Source: Candidatus Nanopelagicales bacterium
GTDB lineage: Bacteria; Actinomycetota; Actinomycetes; S36-B12
Assembly (NCBI GenBank): GCA_032117435.1
Contig: JAULZJ010000092.1
Location: 1-45,184 of the forward strand
Reading direction: 5' to 3'
DNA length: 45,184 nucleotides
The translations under genes and the position numbers were made by a program. Position 1 is the stretch's first letter; the number at the start of each line of letters is the position of its first letter. The notes under the pieces are model-generated. The model did not search any database. It was not told the origin of the DNA and saw nothing but the letters and a program-made list of their open reading frames with translations. Of the stretch, positions 1 to 8,819 are shown piece by piece.

Positions 1-178
1 CTGGCTGCATTCCCACCACGCGGAGCGGATCGATTCGCGAGTCGATGCAGGTGACGATGGCCAGGCCGCGGGCGGCGCGTCCGGTGAGATCGCTCCCGGC
101 GTAGCCCGTCGCGTGCTCGTCGTTGGCCGCGAGCACATCCTCGAACGCCTCGATGGGGAAGCGCTTGGAGTCAGGCAT
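1..178 (-). CDS. beta-class carbonic anhydrase, N-terminal part only (gene runs off the left edge)
   Basis: Manual minus-strand translation from ATG (178-176): MPDSKRFPIEAFEDVLAANDEHATGYAGSDLTGRAARGLAIVTCIDSRIDPLRVVGMQP. The C-I-D-S-R zinc-ligand region is typical of beta-CA. The start overlaps the stop of the upstream Rieske gene by 8 nt. Confidence 0.7.
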   Translation of the reverse strand, partial: MPDSKRFPIEAFEDVLAANDEHATGYAGSDLTGRAARGLAIVTCIDSRIDPLRVVGMQP

Positions 179-536
179 CGTCGATCGTCTCCCCTCGGGC
201 ATGGGCGAGCAGGGCCTCGCGCAGCGACCGGGCCTGGCTCGGCGCCGGCAGCTCCACCTCGACCATCCCGTCCCTCACGCGAGCAGGGTAGACCGCCAGA
301 CCGGCTCCCGGTGTTCCCTGGAGCGTGCCGTCGCGCAGGTCATAGCGCCACCAGTGAGATGGACAGGTGATGACGCCGTCGCGGCAGACGCCGCCTTCGA
401 GGGACGCGCCCTTGTGCAGGCACGCTGCGGACACGGCACGCGGATGGCCGTCGACCATGGCAACGAGGACGGGGATGGAGCCATGGTCGAACCTGCGCGG
501 CGCATCTGTGAGGGAGTCCGCCGCGAAGGTGGGCAT
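171..536 (-). CDS. small Rieske [2Fe-2S] ferredoxin-type protein
   Basis: ORF 171..629 trimmed to ATG at 536 (MPTFAADS...), because the longer form would overlap the 4-OT gene. Rieske ligand motifs are C-L-H (CLHKGASL) and C-P-S-H (ITCPSHWW). About 121 aa, the size of oxygenase-associated Rieske ferredoxins. Confidence 0.75.
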   Translation of the reverse strand: MPTFAADSLTDAPRRFDHGSIPVLVAMVDGHPRAVSAACLHKGASLEGGVCRDGVITCPSHWWRYDLRDGTLQGTPGAGLAVYPARVRDGMVEVELPAPSQARSLREALLAHARGETIDDA

Positions 537-562
537 CCATGCGGGCGCCGGGGCGGGGATGC

Positions 563-778
563 TCACGGGGCCGGTGGCGCGACGCCGCCGGGACGCGCGA
601 CGGAGAAGGGCTCGCCGCCGATGCCCCACTCATCCGCGGTGATCTCGTAGATGGCGACGCGGATCCGCTCGAGTGGCACCCCGAGGGTCTCAGCCATGCT
701 GGCACTCAGATTGCGGATGAGGGCATGCTTCTGCTCGGTGGTGCGACCCTCCACCATCGTGACCTGAATCAGCGGCAT
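563..778 (-). CDS. dmpI: 4-oxalocrotonate tautomerase family protein
   Basis: Internal start MPLIQVTMVEGRTTEQKHALIRNLSASMAETLGVP. Catalytic Pro1 directly follows Met, in a typical tautomerase-superfamily beta-alpha-beta unit. It sits downstream of the 4-OD-like gene, as in dmpHI. Confidence 0.85.
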   Translation of the reverse strand: MPLIQVTMVEGRTTEQKHALIRNLSASMAETLGVPLERIRVAIYEITADEWGIGGEPFSVARPGGVAPPAP

Positions 779-1548
779 GCGACCTCCACGGTCCCGAGAC
801 GATCGATGCGGGCGACGACGCTGTCGCCAGGACTCACGGCGAAGGCCGCCGTGCATGCCCCCGACAATACGGTCATACCGGCCTGCAACCCCTCACCCCG
901 GCGTGCCAGCGCGCGGACAAGCCACGCGACCGATGATGCGGGGTGCCCGAGCACGGCCGCTCCCGCAGCCGTCGCGACGACCACGCCGTTGAGCTCCAGG
1001 ACGACACCGAGCAGGCGCAGCTCCAGGCCGATCGGATCGACGACGCTCGAGCCCGTGATGAATCCTGCCGAAGAGGAGTTGTCCGCGATCACGTCCGGCA
1101 GGGTGAACGAGTAGCCCGCGTAGCGGGAATCGAGGACATCGATGGCAGGCATGACCGCCGCCGTGGCCGCGAGGACGTCGGTCGCCCCCACATCCGCGCC
1201 CTCGAGATCATCGCCGATCAGGAAGGCGATCTCGACTTCGACGCGAGGCTGGATGAAGCTCTCGACGACGAGGGGCTCGCCGGGCTCGAGGCGCATGTCG
1301 TCAGTGAGCCAGCCGTACAACGGCTCGCTCACGTTCATCTGCTTCTGCTTGGCCTCGCTAGTGAGTCCCAGCTTGGCCCCCACCACGCGATGCCCCTGTG
1401 CGATGCGGTCGGCGACGACGAGTGCCTGGAGATCGTAAGCCGTCGCGATATCGAAGTCGCCGTAGTCGCTCGTGAGCGCTGTGGTCGCTGTGCGAGTTCG
1501 CGCGGCATCCACGAGGCGGGCGGCGCCCTCCTGGGCAGGGAAGCTCAT
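769..1548 (-). CDS. dmpH: 4-oxalocrotonate decarboxylase (2-oxopent-4-enoate hydratase/decarboxylase family paralog)
   Basis: 259 aa of the FAH/MhpD-like family (GAKLGLTSEAKQKQM...). Its position between the aldolase and 4-OT genes matches the dmpEFGHI order. Confidence 0.8.
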   Translation of the reverse strand: MSFPAQEGAARLVDAARTRTATTALTSDYGDFDIATAYDLQALVVADRIAQGHRVVGAKLGLTSEAKQKQMNVSEPLYGWLTDDMRLEPGEPLVVESFIQPRVEVEIAFLIGDDLEGADVGATDVLAATAAVMPAIDVLDSRYAGYSFTLPDVIADNSSSAGFITGSSVVDPIGLELRLLGVVLELNGVVVATAAGAAVLGHPASSVAWLVRALARRGEGLQAGMTVLSGACTAAFAVSPGDSVVARIDRLGTVEVACR

Positions 1549-2570
1549 GCGGTCACCTCCGCTTCGGCGTGCTTGCGTGCGAGCTCGAGTGCGACGTCGA
1601 TGATCATGTCCTCCTGGCCGCCCACGACCTGGCGGCGACCGAGCTCTAGGAGGATCTCGGAGATCGGCACGTCGTACCGTGCGGCGGCTCGCTCGGCATG
1701 GAGCAGGAAGCTGCCGTAGACCCCGGCATAGCCGAGCAGGAGGCCCGCCCGGTCGATGACCTGCTGACGAGGCATGAGTGGCCGCACCACCTCCTCGGCG
1801 ACATCCATGAGGATCAGCGGGTCGACGCCGGTCTCGATGCCGTACTTCGTGGAAACGGCGGCGAGAATTTCGGTCGGGCAGTTGCCGGCTCCCGCGCCGA
1901 GACCGGCGGAGGTGCCGTCGAGGTTCTTGGCGCCCTCCTCGTAGGCGGCGATGGAGTTGGCCACGGCCATGGAGAGATTGTTGTGGGCGTGCACGCCCAA
2001 GGGGATGTCCAAGGCCGTGACCAGGGCGCTGACGCGGCGGCGCACGTCATCGACGGTCATGGCGCCGGCCGAGTCGGCGATGTAGATCGTGTCCGCGCCG
2101 TAGGACTGCATGAGCAGTGCCTGCTCGACGAGGCCCTCCGGGGAGTTCATGTGGGCCAACATGAGAAAGCCGATGGCCTCCATGCCGAGCTCCTTGGCGA
2201 CCCTGATGTGCTGCTCGGTGATGTCGGCCTCGGTGCAGTGCACGGCGATCCGCGCCACTGAGACGCCGAGCTCGCGCACCTCGCGCAGGTCATCGGCCAG
2301 GCCGATGCCCGGCAGCATGAGGCAGGCAATCTGCGCCTGCTGGGTTGTCTCGCACGCCTTGGCGATCAGCTCCTTTTCTGGCACCGCGGAGAAGCCGTAG
2401 TTGAAGCTCGATCCGCCGAGACCGTCACCGTGGGCGATTTCGATGACCTGCACGCCCGCACGGTCGAGGCCTTCGACGATTTTGATGACATCTTCGGCGT
2501 AGTACTGGTGGCTGATGGCATGCGAGCCGTCGCGCAGGGTCGAGTCGATGAGTCGGTAATCGGTGGTCAT
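1545..2570 (-). CDS. dmpG: 4-hydroxy-2-oxovalerate aldolase
   Basis: 341 aa starting [23 protein letters not shown], with ...[16 protein letters not shown]. This is the HMGL-like TIM barrel typical of DmpG/BphI. It has 4-nt overlaps with both neighbours. Confidence 0.95.
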   Translation of the reverse strand: MTTDYRLIDSTLRDGSHAISHQYYAEDVIKIVEGLDRAGVQVIEIAHGDGLGGSSFNYGFSAVPEKELIAKACETTQQAQIACLMLPGIGLADDLREVRELGVSVARIAVHCTEADITEQHIRVAKELGMEAIGFLMLAHMNSPEGLVEQALLMQSYGADTIYIADSAGAMTVDDVRRRVSALVTALDIPLGVHAHNNLSMAVANSIAAYEEGAKNLDGTSAGLGAGAGNCPTEILAAVSTKYGIETGVDPLILMDVAEEVVRPLMPRQQVIDRAGLLLGYAGVYGSFLLHAERAAARYDVPISEILLELGRRQVVGGQEDMIIDVALELARKHAEAEVTA

Positions 2571-3475
2571 GCCGTGGCTCCTCTGTGCTCCGCGATGGCC
2601 TCGCCGACGCGCATCGCGGCAGCTGTCATGATGTCGAGATTGCCGGCATAGGGCGGTAGATAGTCGCCCGCCCCCTCGACCTCGAGCAGGACGACCACGC
2701 GGTGCGGCACCACTCCACCGGGGGTGTTGTAGGGCCCCTCCTCGATGACGGGCGGATTCTTCAGCCGGTAGCCGGGCACGTACTGAGCGACGTCCTTCTC
2801 CATGGAGTAGACGGACTCCAGCACGGCATCGTGGTCCGTCCCCTCGGGCAGTGCCCCGAAGACCGTGTTGCGCATCATGATCGGCGGTTCCGCCGGATTC
2901 AAGATGATGATGGCCTTGCTCGTATCCGCACCACCGATCTCGCGGAGCGCGGTGGACGTCGTCTTCGTGAATTCATCGATGTTCTGACGCGTGCCCGGCC
3001 CCGCCGACTTGGACGACACGGTCGAGACCATCTCGGCGTACGGAAGGGACGGGATGGCACGTCGAATGGCGTAGACCATCGGCGTCGTCGCTTGGCCACC
3101 ACAGGTGACCATGTTGATGTTGGGTGCGTCGAGGTGCTCCGTGAGGTTGACGGCCGCGATGACCTTGGGTCCGCGTGCCGCCGGGGTGAGGTCAACAGCG
3201 GTGATCCCGGCATCGGCGTACTTCTTGTAATAGCGCACGTGCACATAGGCGCTCGTCGCATCGAAGACCATGTCGAAGTCGTCAGGATGGTCGAGGATCC
3301 AGTCGGGACCCTCGTGCGGCGCGTCGAGTCCCAGTGCCTTGGCCCGGGCCAGGCCGTCGGAGGCGGAGTCGATGCCCACGAGGGCGGTGAGTTGCAACTT
3401 GTCGCTGCGCAGCATCTTGACCATGAGGTCGGTCCCGATATTGCCGGAGCCGACGATGGCGCAACGTGGGGGCAT
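2567..3475 (-). CDS. dmpF: acetaldehyde dehydrogenase (acetylating)
   Basis: Internal ATG at 3475 gives [24 protein letters not shown]...[14 protein letters not shown], which carries the DmpF/BphJ signatures. The longer ORF to 3931 is Arg/Pro-rich and non-homologous. Confidence 0.95.
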   Translation of the reverse strand: MPPRCAIVGSGNIGTDLMVKMLRSDKLQLTALVGIDSASDGLARAKALGLDAPHEGPDWILDHPDDFDMVFDATSAYVHVRYYKKYADAGITAVDLTPAARGPKVIAAVNLTEHLDAPNINMVTCGGQATTPMVYAIRRAIPSLPYAEMVSTVSSKSAGPGTRQNIDEFTKTTSTALREIGGADTSKAIIILNPAEPPIMMRNTVFGALPEGTDHDAVLESVYSMEKDVAQYVPGYRLKNPPVIEEGPYNTPGGVVPHRVVVLLEVEGAGDYLPPYAGNLDIMTAAAMRVGEAIAEHRGATA

Positions 3476-3507
3476 GGATTCTTCCCTTCTCGTGGGTGAA
3501 CGGCTGA

Positions 3508-4299
3508 TCATGTGGTGCGCACGGTGATCGGGCCGAGTCGATCGAAGTCGGCGCGGAAGACGTCGCCTGCCTGGAAGGGAACGGCGGCGTGTAGGGCGCC
3601 CGTCATGATGATGGCCCCCGCGGGAAGGGCGACCCCGAGCGGGTGGAGCGTGTTGGCAAGCCAGGCGACGGCATCGATAGGGCCGCCGAGCGCGGCCGCG
3701 CCTGCGCCCGTCGCGACCAGCTCGCCATTGCGGGTGAAGACCATGCCGATGAGGGCGGGATCGAAGTCGGCGAGCGGCACGACCGTGCGTCCGAAGGCAA
3801 CGGCGCCATTGGAGGCCAGGTCCGAGATGGTGTCCGCCAGCGTGATCTTCCAGTCGGCGATGCGACTGTCGACGATCTCCAAGGCAGCGACAAGGCCGCG
3901 CGTCGCCTCCCAAGCTTGCGTGACCGTGCAATGCGGGCCCGAGAGCGGCGTGTCGAGCACGACGCAGATCTCGGCCTCCATGCGCGGCGCGATATAGCGG
4001 TCGGTCGGGACCTCTCCGCCATCGGCGTAGACGGTCGATCCCAGGACGGGCGCATAGTCGGGTTGGTCCACCCCGAGCATCTCCTGCATCGGCTTGCTCG
4101 TGAGCCCGAGCTTGTAACCGATGATGGTGTCGCCTTCGGCGAGCAGGCCTTCCACCAAACCCTGCTGGACGGCGTAGGCGTCTACGACGGTCATGCCCGG
4201 AAAGCGATCGGTCAGGGGAGCGATCGGCGTTCGATCTCGGCGCGCGGCGAGCAGCGCCTGCGACATCTCGCGGACCTGATCTGCGTTGGGTCTGGTCAC
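3508..4299 (-). CDS. dmpE: 2-oxopent-4-enoate (2-keto-4-pentenoate) hydratase
   Basis: 263 aa ([32 protein letters not shown]...), MhpD/XylJ family. It is first in a dmpEFGHI-ordered block. Confidence 0.85.
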   Translation of the reverse strand: MTRPNADQVREMSQALLAARRDRTPIAPLTDRFPGMTVVDAYAVQQGLVEGLLAEGDTIIGYKLGLTSKPMQEMLGVDQPDYAPVLGSTVYADGGEVPTDRYIAPRMEAEICVVLDTPLSGPHCTVTQAWEATRGLVAALEIVDSRIADWKITLADTISDLASNGAVAFGRTVVPLADFDPALIGMVFTRNGELVATGAGAAALGGPIDAVAWLANTLHPLGVALPAGAIIMTGALHAAVPFQAGDVFRADFDRLGPITVRTT

Positions 4300-5120
4300 G
4301 GGCTTCCCTCTCCTGCGGATCGTCGGGGTGTTCGTGGATCTCGGTAGCCGAGGCGACGACTCACCGCCATGGCCGCGTCGACGGCAGGCCTGGCGAAGCG
4401 ACGGAGCGAGTCGCTTCCGAGACGCTGCACGGGGCCGACGATCGAGAGAGCCGCGATCACGTCACCGCGCTCATTGCGCACGGGAGCCGCGATGGAGGCT
4501 GCCCCCAACTCGGACTCGTTCACATTCTCGGCCCACCCCTGGCGTCGGATCTCCACGAGAGTGCTGCGCAAGGCCCGTGGATCGGTGATCGTGTACGGGG
4601 TCTTGCGCTCGAGTCGCCAGCCGTGCAGCAGGGCGTCCAGTTCCTCCTGTGGCAGGTAGGCCAGGAGGAGTTTGCCCGTGCTGGTGCAGTGTGCGTCGTT
4701 TCGGTGGCCGACGCGGCCAAAGAGACGCAGCGTCTGCGGGCTCTCCCGCCGCTCGACGTAGACGACCTCGCGCCCATCGAGGACGGCGACCTGGACCGTC
4801 TCCCTAGTGGCATTGCGCAGTTGGTCGATGACGGGCGAGCAGGCCTCGTGGAGGTCGTTATGGAGCGCGACCGATGCACCTAACTCGTACATCGCAAGGC
4901 CCAGGCGGTACGCTCCCGTGTCGGGATCCTGCTCAAGGAGACGCTCTTCGGCAAGCGTGCTCAGGAGCCGATGCGCGGTGCTCTTGCCGATCCCCAGGCG
5001 CCGTGACAACTCGGTGACGCCGATGTCCCGGTCGCCCCGGCCGAACTCCTTGAGTAGGCGCGCCGCATTGCGCACGCTGGACAGGGTGGAGTGCTGCCGT
5101 CGAGGCTCCGGGGCGGTCAT
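4296..5120 (-). CDS. IclR-family transcriptional regulator
   Basis: ATG at 5120 gives [26 protein letters not shown]...[23 protein letters not shown]. This is a winged HTH followed by an IclR effector domain ([21 protein letters not shown]). The ORF extension to 5525 was rejected. Confidence 0.9.
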   Translation of the reverse strand: MTAPEPRRQHSTLSSVRNAARLLKEFGRGDRDIGVTELSRRLGIGKSTAHRLLSTLAEERLLEQDPDTGAYRLGLAMYELGASVALHNDLHEACSPVIDQLRNATRETVQVAVLDGREVVYVERRESPQTLRLFGRVGHRNDAHCTSTGKLLLAYLPQEELDALLHGWRLERKTPYTITDPRALRSTLVEIRRQGWAENVNESELGAASIAAPVRNERGDVIAALSIVGPVQRLGSDSLRRFARPAVDAAMAVSRRLGYRDPRTPRRSAGEGSP

Positions 5121-5800
5121 GGCGCTGTCCTCAGGTGCTGCAGCAGGGCACGGCGTGCGTCCGCTGGATCGACATCGGGGCCCAGGTCGAGGCCGGGGGC
5201 GACGGCCTGGGCGAGCAGTACCTGTGAGCGAGGTAGGCCGGCGACATGCGCGCCCTGCATCTCGTCGACGAGTGACTCGCGTCCCGGTGCATGCGCACGA
5301 ATGGCGTCGAAGTCCCGCGCTGCCGCTGCATGGGAGTGCGCGAGACCGGTGCCCGCGTGCAGGGCATGGTGGGCAGTGAGGCTGCTGCCCGGGGGGACTG
5401 CCAGGTGGTAGACAACGGTGCGAATGCCGAGTGCGCGGCGTACCTCGTTGTGATTCGGGCCCCCAGACTCGTCGATGAGCCCGAGGTCGGGTGCGACGAC
5501 AGGGTCGAAGAAGCGCAGTGTCCACGCGACGTCTTGCAGGGAGTCCTGCAGCTGCACCTCCTGGCCGGAGGGTGCGGGGAGTGACTCCACCGTGCCGATC
5601 ACGTGGAGCATGCGTGCGCCGGCGGCAGCGACGGTGAGGCCCTCCGCCGATGTGAGCGGGAGTCGTGCGCGCTCCGCGGGGGGAAGGGTGAGGACGGCGT
5701 CGAGGTAGGCCTGATGCAGCGCACGGACATAGTCGGCCATGGCCTGGCGCATCGCCTCGGGTCCCTCCACGCGCGGGAACGTATCAGATACGTCCCGCAT
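5117..5800 (-). CDS. hypothetical protein, first gene of the minus-strand operon (start uncertain: 5800, 5752 or 5821)
   Basis: ORF 5117..5926 trimmed because the 5' end would overlap the divergent dioxygenase start. High GC3. The stop overlaps the iclR start in an ATGA arrangement. His-rich segment HHALHAGTGLAHSH. I recognise no family. Confidence 0.5.
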   Translation of the reverse strand: MRDVSDTFPRVEGPEAMRQAMADYVRALHQAYLDAVLTLPPAERARLPLTSAEGLTVAAAGARMLHVIGTVESLPAPSGQEVQLQDSLQDVAWTLRFFDPVVAPDLGLIDESGGPNHNEVRRALGIRTVVYHLAVPPGSSLTAHHALHAGTGLAHSHAAAARDFDAIRAHAPGRESLVDEMQGAHVAGLPRSQVLLAQAVAPGLDLGPDVDPADARRALLQHLRTAP

Positions 5801-5830
5801 GCGGGAACGTCGTCCTTCCATGCGGGACAC
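5773..5830. promoter_or_regulatory. operator-like palindrome and repeat cluster in the divergent promoter region
   Basis: A perfect 7-1-7 palindrome ACGTATC-A-GATACGT (5779-5793) is flanked by GCGGGA/CCCGC. A perfect 12-nt palindrome CCCGCATGCGGG lies at 5794-5805. GCGGGA(A)C occurs three times (5773, 5801, 5822). A TAGATT -10-like hexamer lies at 5838-5843. Confidence 0.35.
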
Positions 5831-5885
5831 GGGCACCCTAGATTGCGAACCACGAGAGCGGCCATCCGGCCCGAGGGGAGCGACG

Positions 5886-6794
5886 ATGGGAATCCTGCGC
5901 TTGGCGCACGTCGACATCACGGTCACGGATCTCGATCTGGCGTCTGCGTACTACACCGAGGTCATGGGCATGCTCGAAGTCGAGCGCGACGACAACTCGG
6001 TCTACCTGAAGTGCTGGGACGAGGTGGACCATCACTCCCTGCGCATCTCCTACGCGCCGCGCGTGGGCTTCGATCTCATGTCCTTCAAGGTCCTGCGCGA
6101 GGACGATCTCGCCGACCTCGAGAATGCCGTCGGCAAATACGGCTTCCCCGTGGAGCGCATCAGCAAGGGTTCGTCCATCGGCCAGGGCGAGTCCATCCGC
6201 TTCGAAACTCCATCCGGTCAGGTCATGGAACTCGTCCACGACGTGGAGAAAATCGGCCGCGCCACGGGATCACTGAATCCCGCGCCCTTCGCCGAAGGAA
6301 TGCGCGGCATCGCGCCACCGCGGATGGATCACCTCCTCGTCACAGCGGAGGAGGTCGGGGAGTCCACTAAATTCTTCACGGACGTGCTGGGGTTCCGGGT
6401 CACGGAGCAGTTGCTGGACGGTGATGGGCATCAGGCGGCGACGTGGATGGAGCGTTCGCACTCCCCGCACGACCTCGCGATCGTCTCGGGGCCCAATGGA
6501 GGTCTCCACCACTTCGCCTACTGGCTGGACGACTGGGATCACGTGCGTCGCTCGGCTGACATCCTCGCGTACAACGGCATCCAGATCGACGTGGGTCCGA
6601 CGCGTCACGGCATCACGCGTGGCAACACCATCTACTTCTTCGACCCGCTCGGCACGCGCAACGAGGTGTTTACTGGCGGCTACCGTCCCGATCCGGATTT
6701 CCCGACCATCACGTGGACCGAGGACAACATCGGACGGGCCGTCTTCTACTACGAGGGCGAGCTCAACGAGAGATTCATGAAGGTGCACACCTGA
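5886..6794 (+). CDS. catechol 2,3-dioxygenase (type I extradiol dioxygenase), paralog 1
   Basis: ATG at 5886 follows GGGGAG. MGILRLAHVDITVTDLDLASAYYTEVMG...HHFAYW...YFFDPLGTRNE shows two-module VOC architecture with His/His/Glu metal-ligand contexts. Confidence 0.9.
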   Translation: MGILRLAHVDITVTDLDLASAYYTEVMGMLEVERDDNSVYLKCWDEVDHHSLRISYAPRVGFDLMSFKVLREDDLADLENAVGKYGFPVERISKGSSIGQGESIRFETPSGQVMELVHDVEKIGRATGSLNPAPFAEGMRGIAPPRMDHLLVTAEEVGESTKFFTDVLGFRVTEQLLDGDGHQAATWMERSHSPHDLAIVSGPNGGLHHFAYWLDDWDHVRRSADILAYNGIQIDVGPTRHGITRGNTIYFFDPLGTRNEVFTGGYRPDPDFPTITWTEDNIGRAVFYYEGELNERFMKVHT

Positions 6795-7705
6795 TGTCGA
6801 TACTGCGTCTGTCCCATGTCGAGATCAAGGTCCCCGACCTCGAGCTCGCCACCGCGTACTACACCGAGGTGGTCGGGCTCGTCGAGACCGCCCGCGAGCC
6901 TGAGCGCGTGTATCTCAAGTGCTGGGATGAGCATCAGCATCACTCGCTCGTCCTTGCCTACTCCCCGTCCTATGGCCTGGCACATATGGGCTGGAAGGTC
7001 GAGAGCCTTGAGGATCTCGACTTCTATGCTGCTCGACTCCAGGAGGCCGGTATTGCCGTCACTCGGCTGGCGGGGGCGGACGTCGGGATCGGCGGGGGCT
7101 CGGTGGTGCGCTTCGAGACACCTTCGGGCCACCAGATGGAACTCATTCACGGGATGGAGCAGGTGGGCAACCTCCTCCCGCTCACCAATCCCCCTCCTCG
7201 CCCCATGGGTCTTGTCGGTATCGCTCCTCCGCGGCTGGACCACATCTTCATCACCGTCGAGAACGTCAACGGCATGACGACCTTCCTCCAGGACGTCCTG
7301 GACTTCCACCTCACGGAGCAGGTGATGGGAGACGATGGCTTCCAGATAGCGACCTGGCTCGAGGTCTCGCACTCCTCCCACGACATCGCCCTTGTCACCG
7401 GACCCGACGGCGGACTCCATCACTTCGCCTTCTGGGTCGATGACTGGAATGACATCCGTACGGCATCCGATGTCCTCGCCTATCACGGAGTCAGGATCGA
7501 GACCAACCCCACACGCCACGGAGCCACCCGTGGGCATTGCGTCTACTTCTTCGACCCTGCGGGCAATCGCAACGAGGTATTAACCGGAGGATATTGGGCT
7601 GATCCGGACGAGCCGCCCATCACCTGGACCGAGGGTGAGATGGGCAGGGCGCTGTTCTATTACGACGGCGTCGTCAACCAGCGCTTCCTCACGGTGCACA
7701 GCTAG
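6794..7705 (+). CDS. catechol 2,3-dioxygenase (type I extradiol dioxygenase), paralog 2
   Basis: The start overlaps the paralog 1 stop (TGATG). MSILRLSHVEIKVPDLELATAYYTEVVG...HHFAFW...YFFDPAGNRNE aligns collinearly with paralog 1. Roughly half or more of positions are identical by eye. Confidence 0.9.
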   Translation: MSILRLSHVEIKVPDLELATAYYTEVVGLVETAREPERVYLKCWDEHQHHSLVLAYSPSYGLAHMGWKVESLEDLDFYAARLQEAGIAVTRLAGADVGIGGGSVVRFETPSGHQMELIHGMEQVGNLLPLTNPPPRPMGLVGIAPPRLDHIFITVENVNGMTTFLQDVLDFHLTEQVMGDDGFQIATWLEVSHSSHDIALVTGPDGGLHHFAFWVDDWNDIRTASDVLAYHGVRIETNPTRHGATRGHCVYFFDPAGNRNEVLTGGYWADPDEPPITWTEGEMGRALFYYDGVVNQRFLTVHS

Positions 7706-7712
7706 GAGTCCC

Positions 7713-8819
7713 ATGACGATGACCGAGCCCGATCTCCCGGTGACGCTCCCGCGCACCGAGCGCCCCGATGCCCCGGCGTACCTGCAGAAGTACCTCGATC
7801 GCGAGGCCCGAGGCGCCCGCCCCGGTGTCGCCGTGTCCGCCCAGGCTGGCGATGAGACCCCGCTCTACCTGCGCCGCTTCCGCGACCGTCGCACGACGGG
7901 TACGGTGCTCGATTCCCCCGTGCCCCTGTGGGAGGGAGCGGATGTGGGTGCCACGCGTGCCTGGGCCGAGGTCACGCGCACGAAGGAGATCGTGCCGGAG
8001 CGCAAGGACCAGACAAAAGCGGCCGTCACCGACGTCTACTTCGTCCGTCACGGCGAGACCCAGGGCTACTCCACGGAGTCCGGTCTCACCCCGCTGGGCT
8101 CGTGGCAGGCGCATCGACGCGGCAAGGAGCTCGCCCGCCGAATCATGTCCGGACACCACGTCACCATGGCCTGCGCCAATACCAACCGCGCGCGGCAGAC
8201 CGCCGAGGGCATCCGCAAGGGCATGCTCGACGAACTCGTGCTCTTCGGCCGCGATGCCACTGTCGGCGAGGTGGAGGCCTACGAGGAGTTTCGCAATTTC
8301 CAGGTGATGACCCCTGATGGGTTCCGCGATGTCACGCAGGCGTTTCGCGCCTACCACGCGGAGATGGAGAAGTACGAGCGCATCGGGCTGGGTGGCCGGC
8401 CCACGTGGCTGGTCGAGGTGGATCGATTCTGGGGCATCCAGCAGGCCGGCGGCGATCCCATCACCCACTGGCTGACGATGCCGATGCTCACCTTCGAGCC
8501 CCCGGTTGCGGCGGTCCGACGCTTCTGGGCCGGGCTCATGCGACTCCACGCCGAGACGCCCGGTCAATCCGTGATCGTGGCGACGCACTCCGGGCCGATT
8601 CGAGCCTTCGCCACCTGGGCGCTGGGCTACGACCCGGGTGAGCCCTTCAACACCGAGTTCGTGCGCGTGCGACTGCTGGAGGGTGGCGAGACCGCTCTGG
8701 TTCTCTACCGCAATCGCGTGCAGGAAGTGTCCGTGCCCGACTTCGACGGCTTGCCCGACTGGTGGGCCGGCCTCGAGGGACGTGCCCTCCCAGTGAGTCG
8801 ACGGGGGGAGTCGTCATGA
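7713..8819 (+). CDS. histidine phosphatase (phosphoglycerate-mutase-like) family protein with ~110-aa N-terminal extension
   Basis: AGGAG lies upstream of ATG 7713. The RHG catalytic motif (YFVRHGETQG, His codon 8049-8051) appears only at residues 112-114. A second conserved His lies in IVATHSGPIRAF. The stop overlaps the next gene's start (ATGA). Confidence 0.8.
   Translation: MTMTEPDLPVTLPRTERPDAPAYLQKYLDREARGARPGVAVSAQAGDETPLYLRRFRDRRTTGTVLDSPVPLWEGADVGATRAWAEVTRTKEIVPERKDQTKAAVTDVYFVRHGETQGYSTESGLTPLGSWQAHRRGKELARRIMSGHHVTMACANTNRARQTAEGIRKGMLDELVLFGRDATVGEVEAYEEFRNFQVMTPDGFRDVTQAFRAYHAEMEKYERIGLGGRPTWLVEVDRFWGIQQAGGDPITHWLTMPMLTFEPPVAAVRRFWAGLMRLHAETPGQSVIVATHSGPIRAFATWALGYDPGEPFNTEFVRVRLLEGGETALVLYRNRVQEVSVPDFDGLPDWWAGLEGRALPVSRRGESS

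Noticed and set aside
1-178. Carbonic anhydrase as evidence for an anaerobic-type phenylphosphate carboxylation pathway.
   Set aside because: No UbiD/UbiX-like carboxylase subunits are present in the window. Oxygen-dependent dioxygenases dominate the cluster.
2567-3931. N-terminally extended ORFs: 454-aa form of the acetaldehyde dehydrogenase, 409-aa form of IclR (4296..5525), 686-aa form of AsnB (32997..35057) and 218-aa form of MsrB (41885..42541).
   Set aside because: The extensions are low-complexity Arg/Pro/His-rich and overlap neighbouring genes. Internal ATGs reproduce canonical family N-termini ([21 protein letters not shown] and others).
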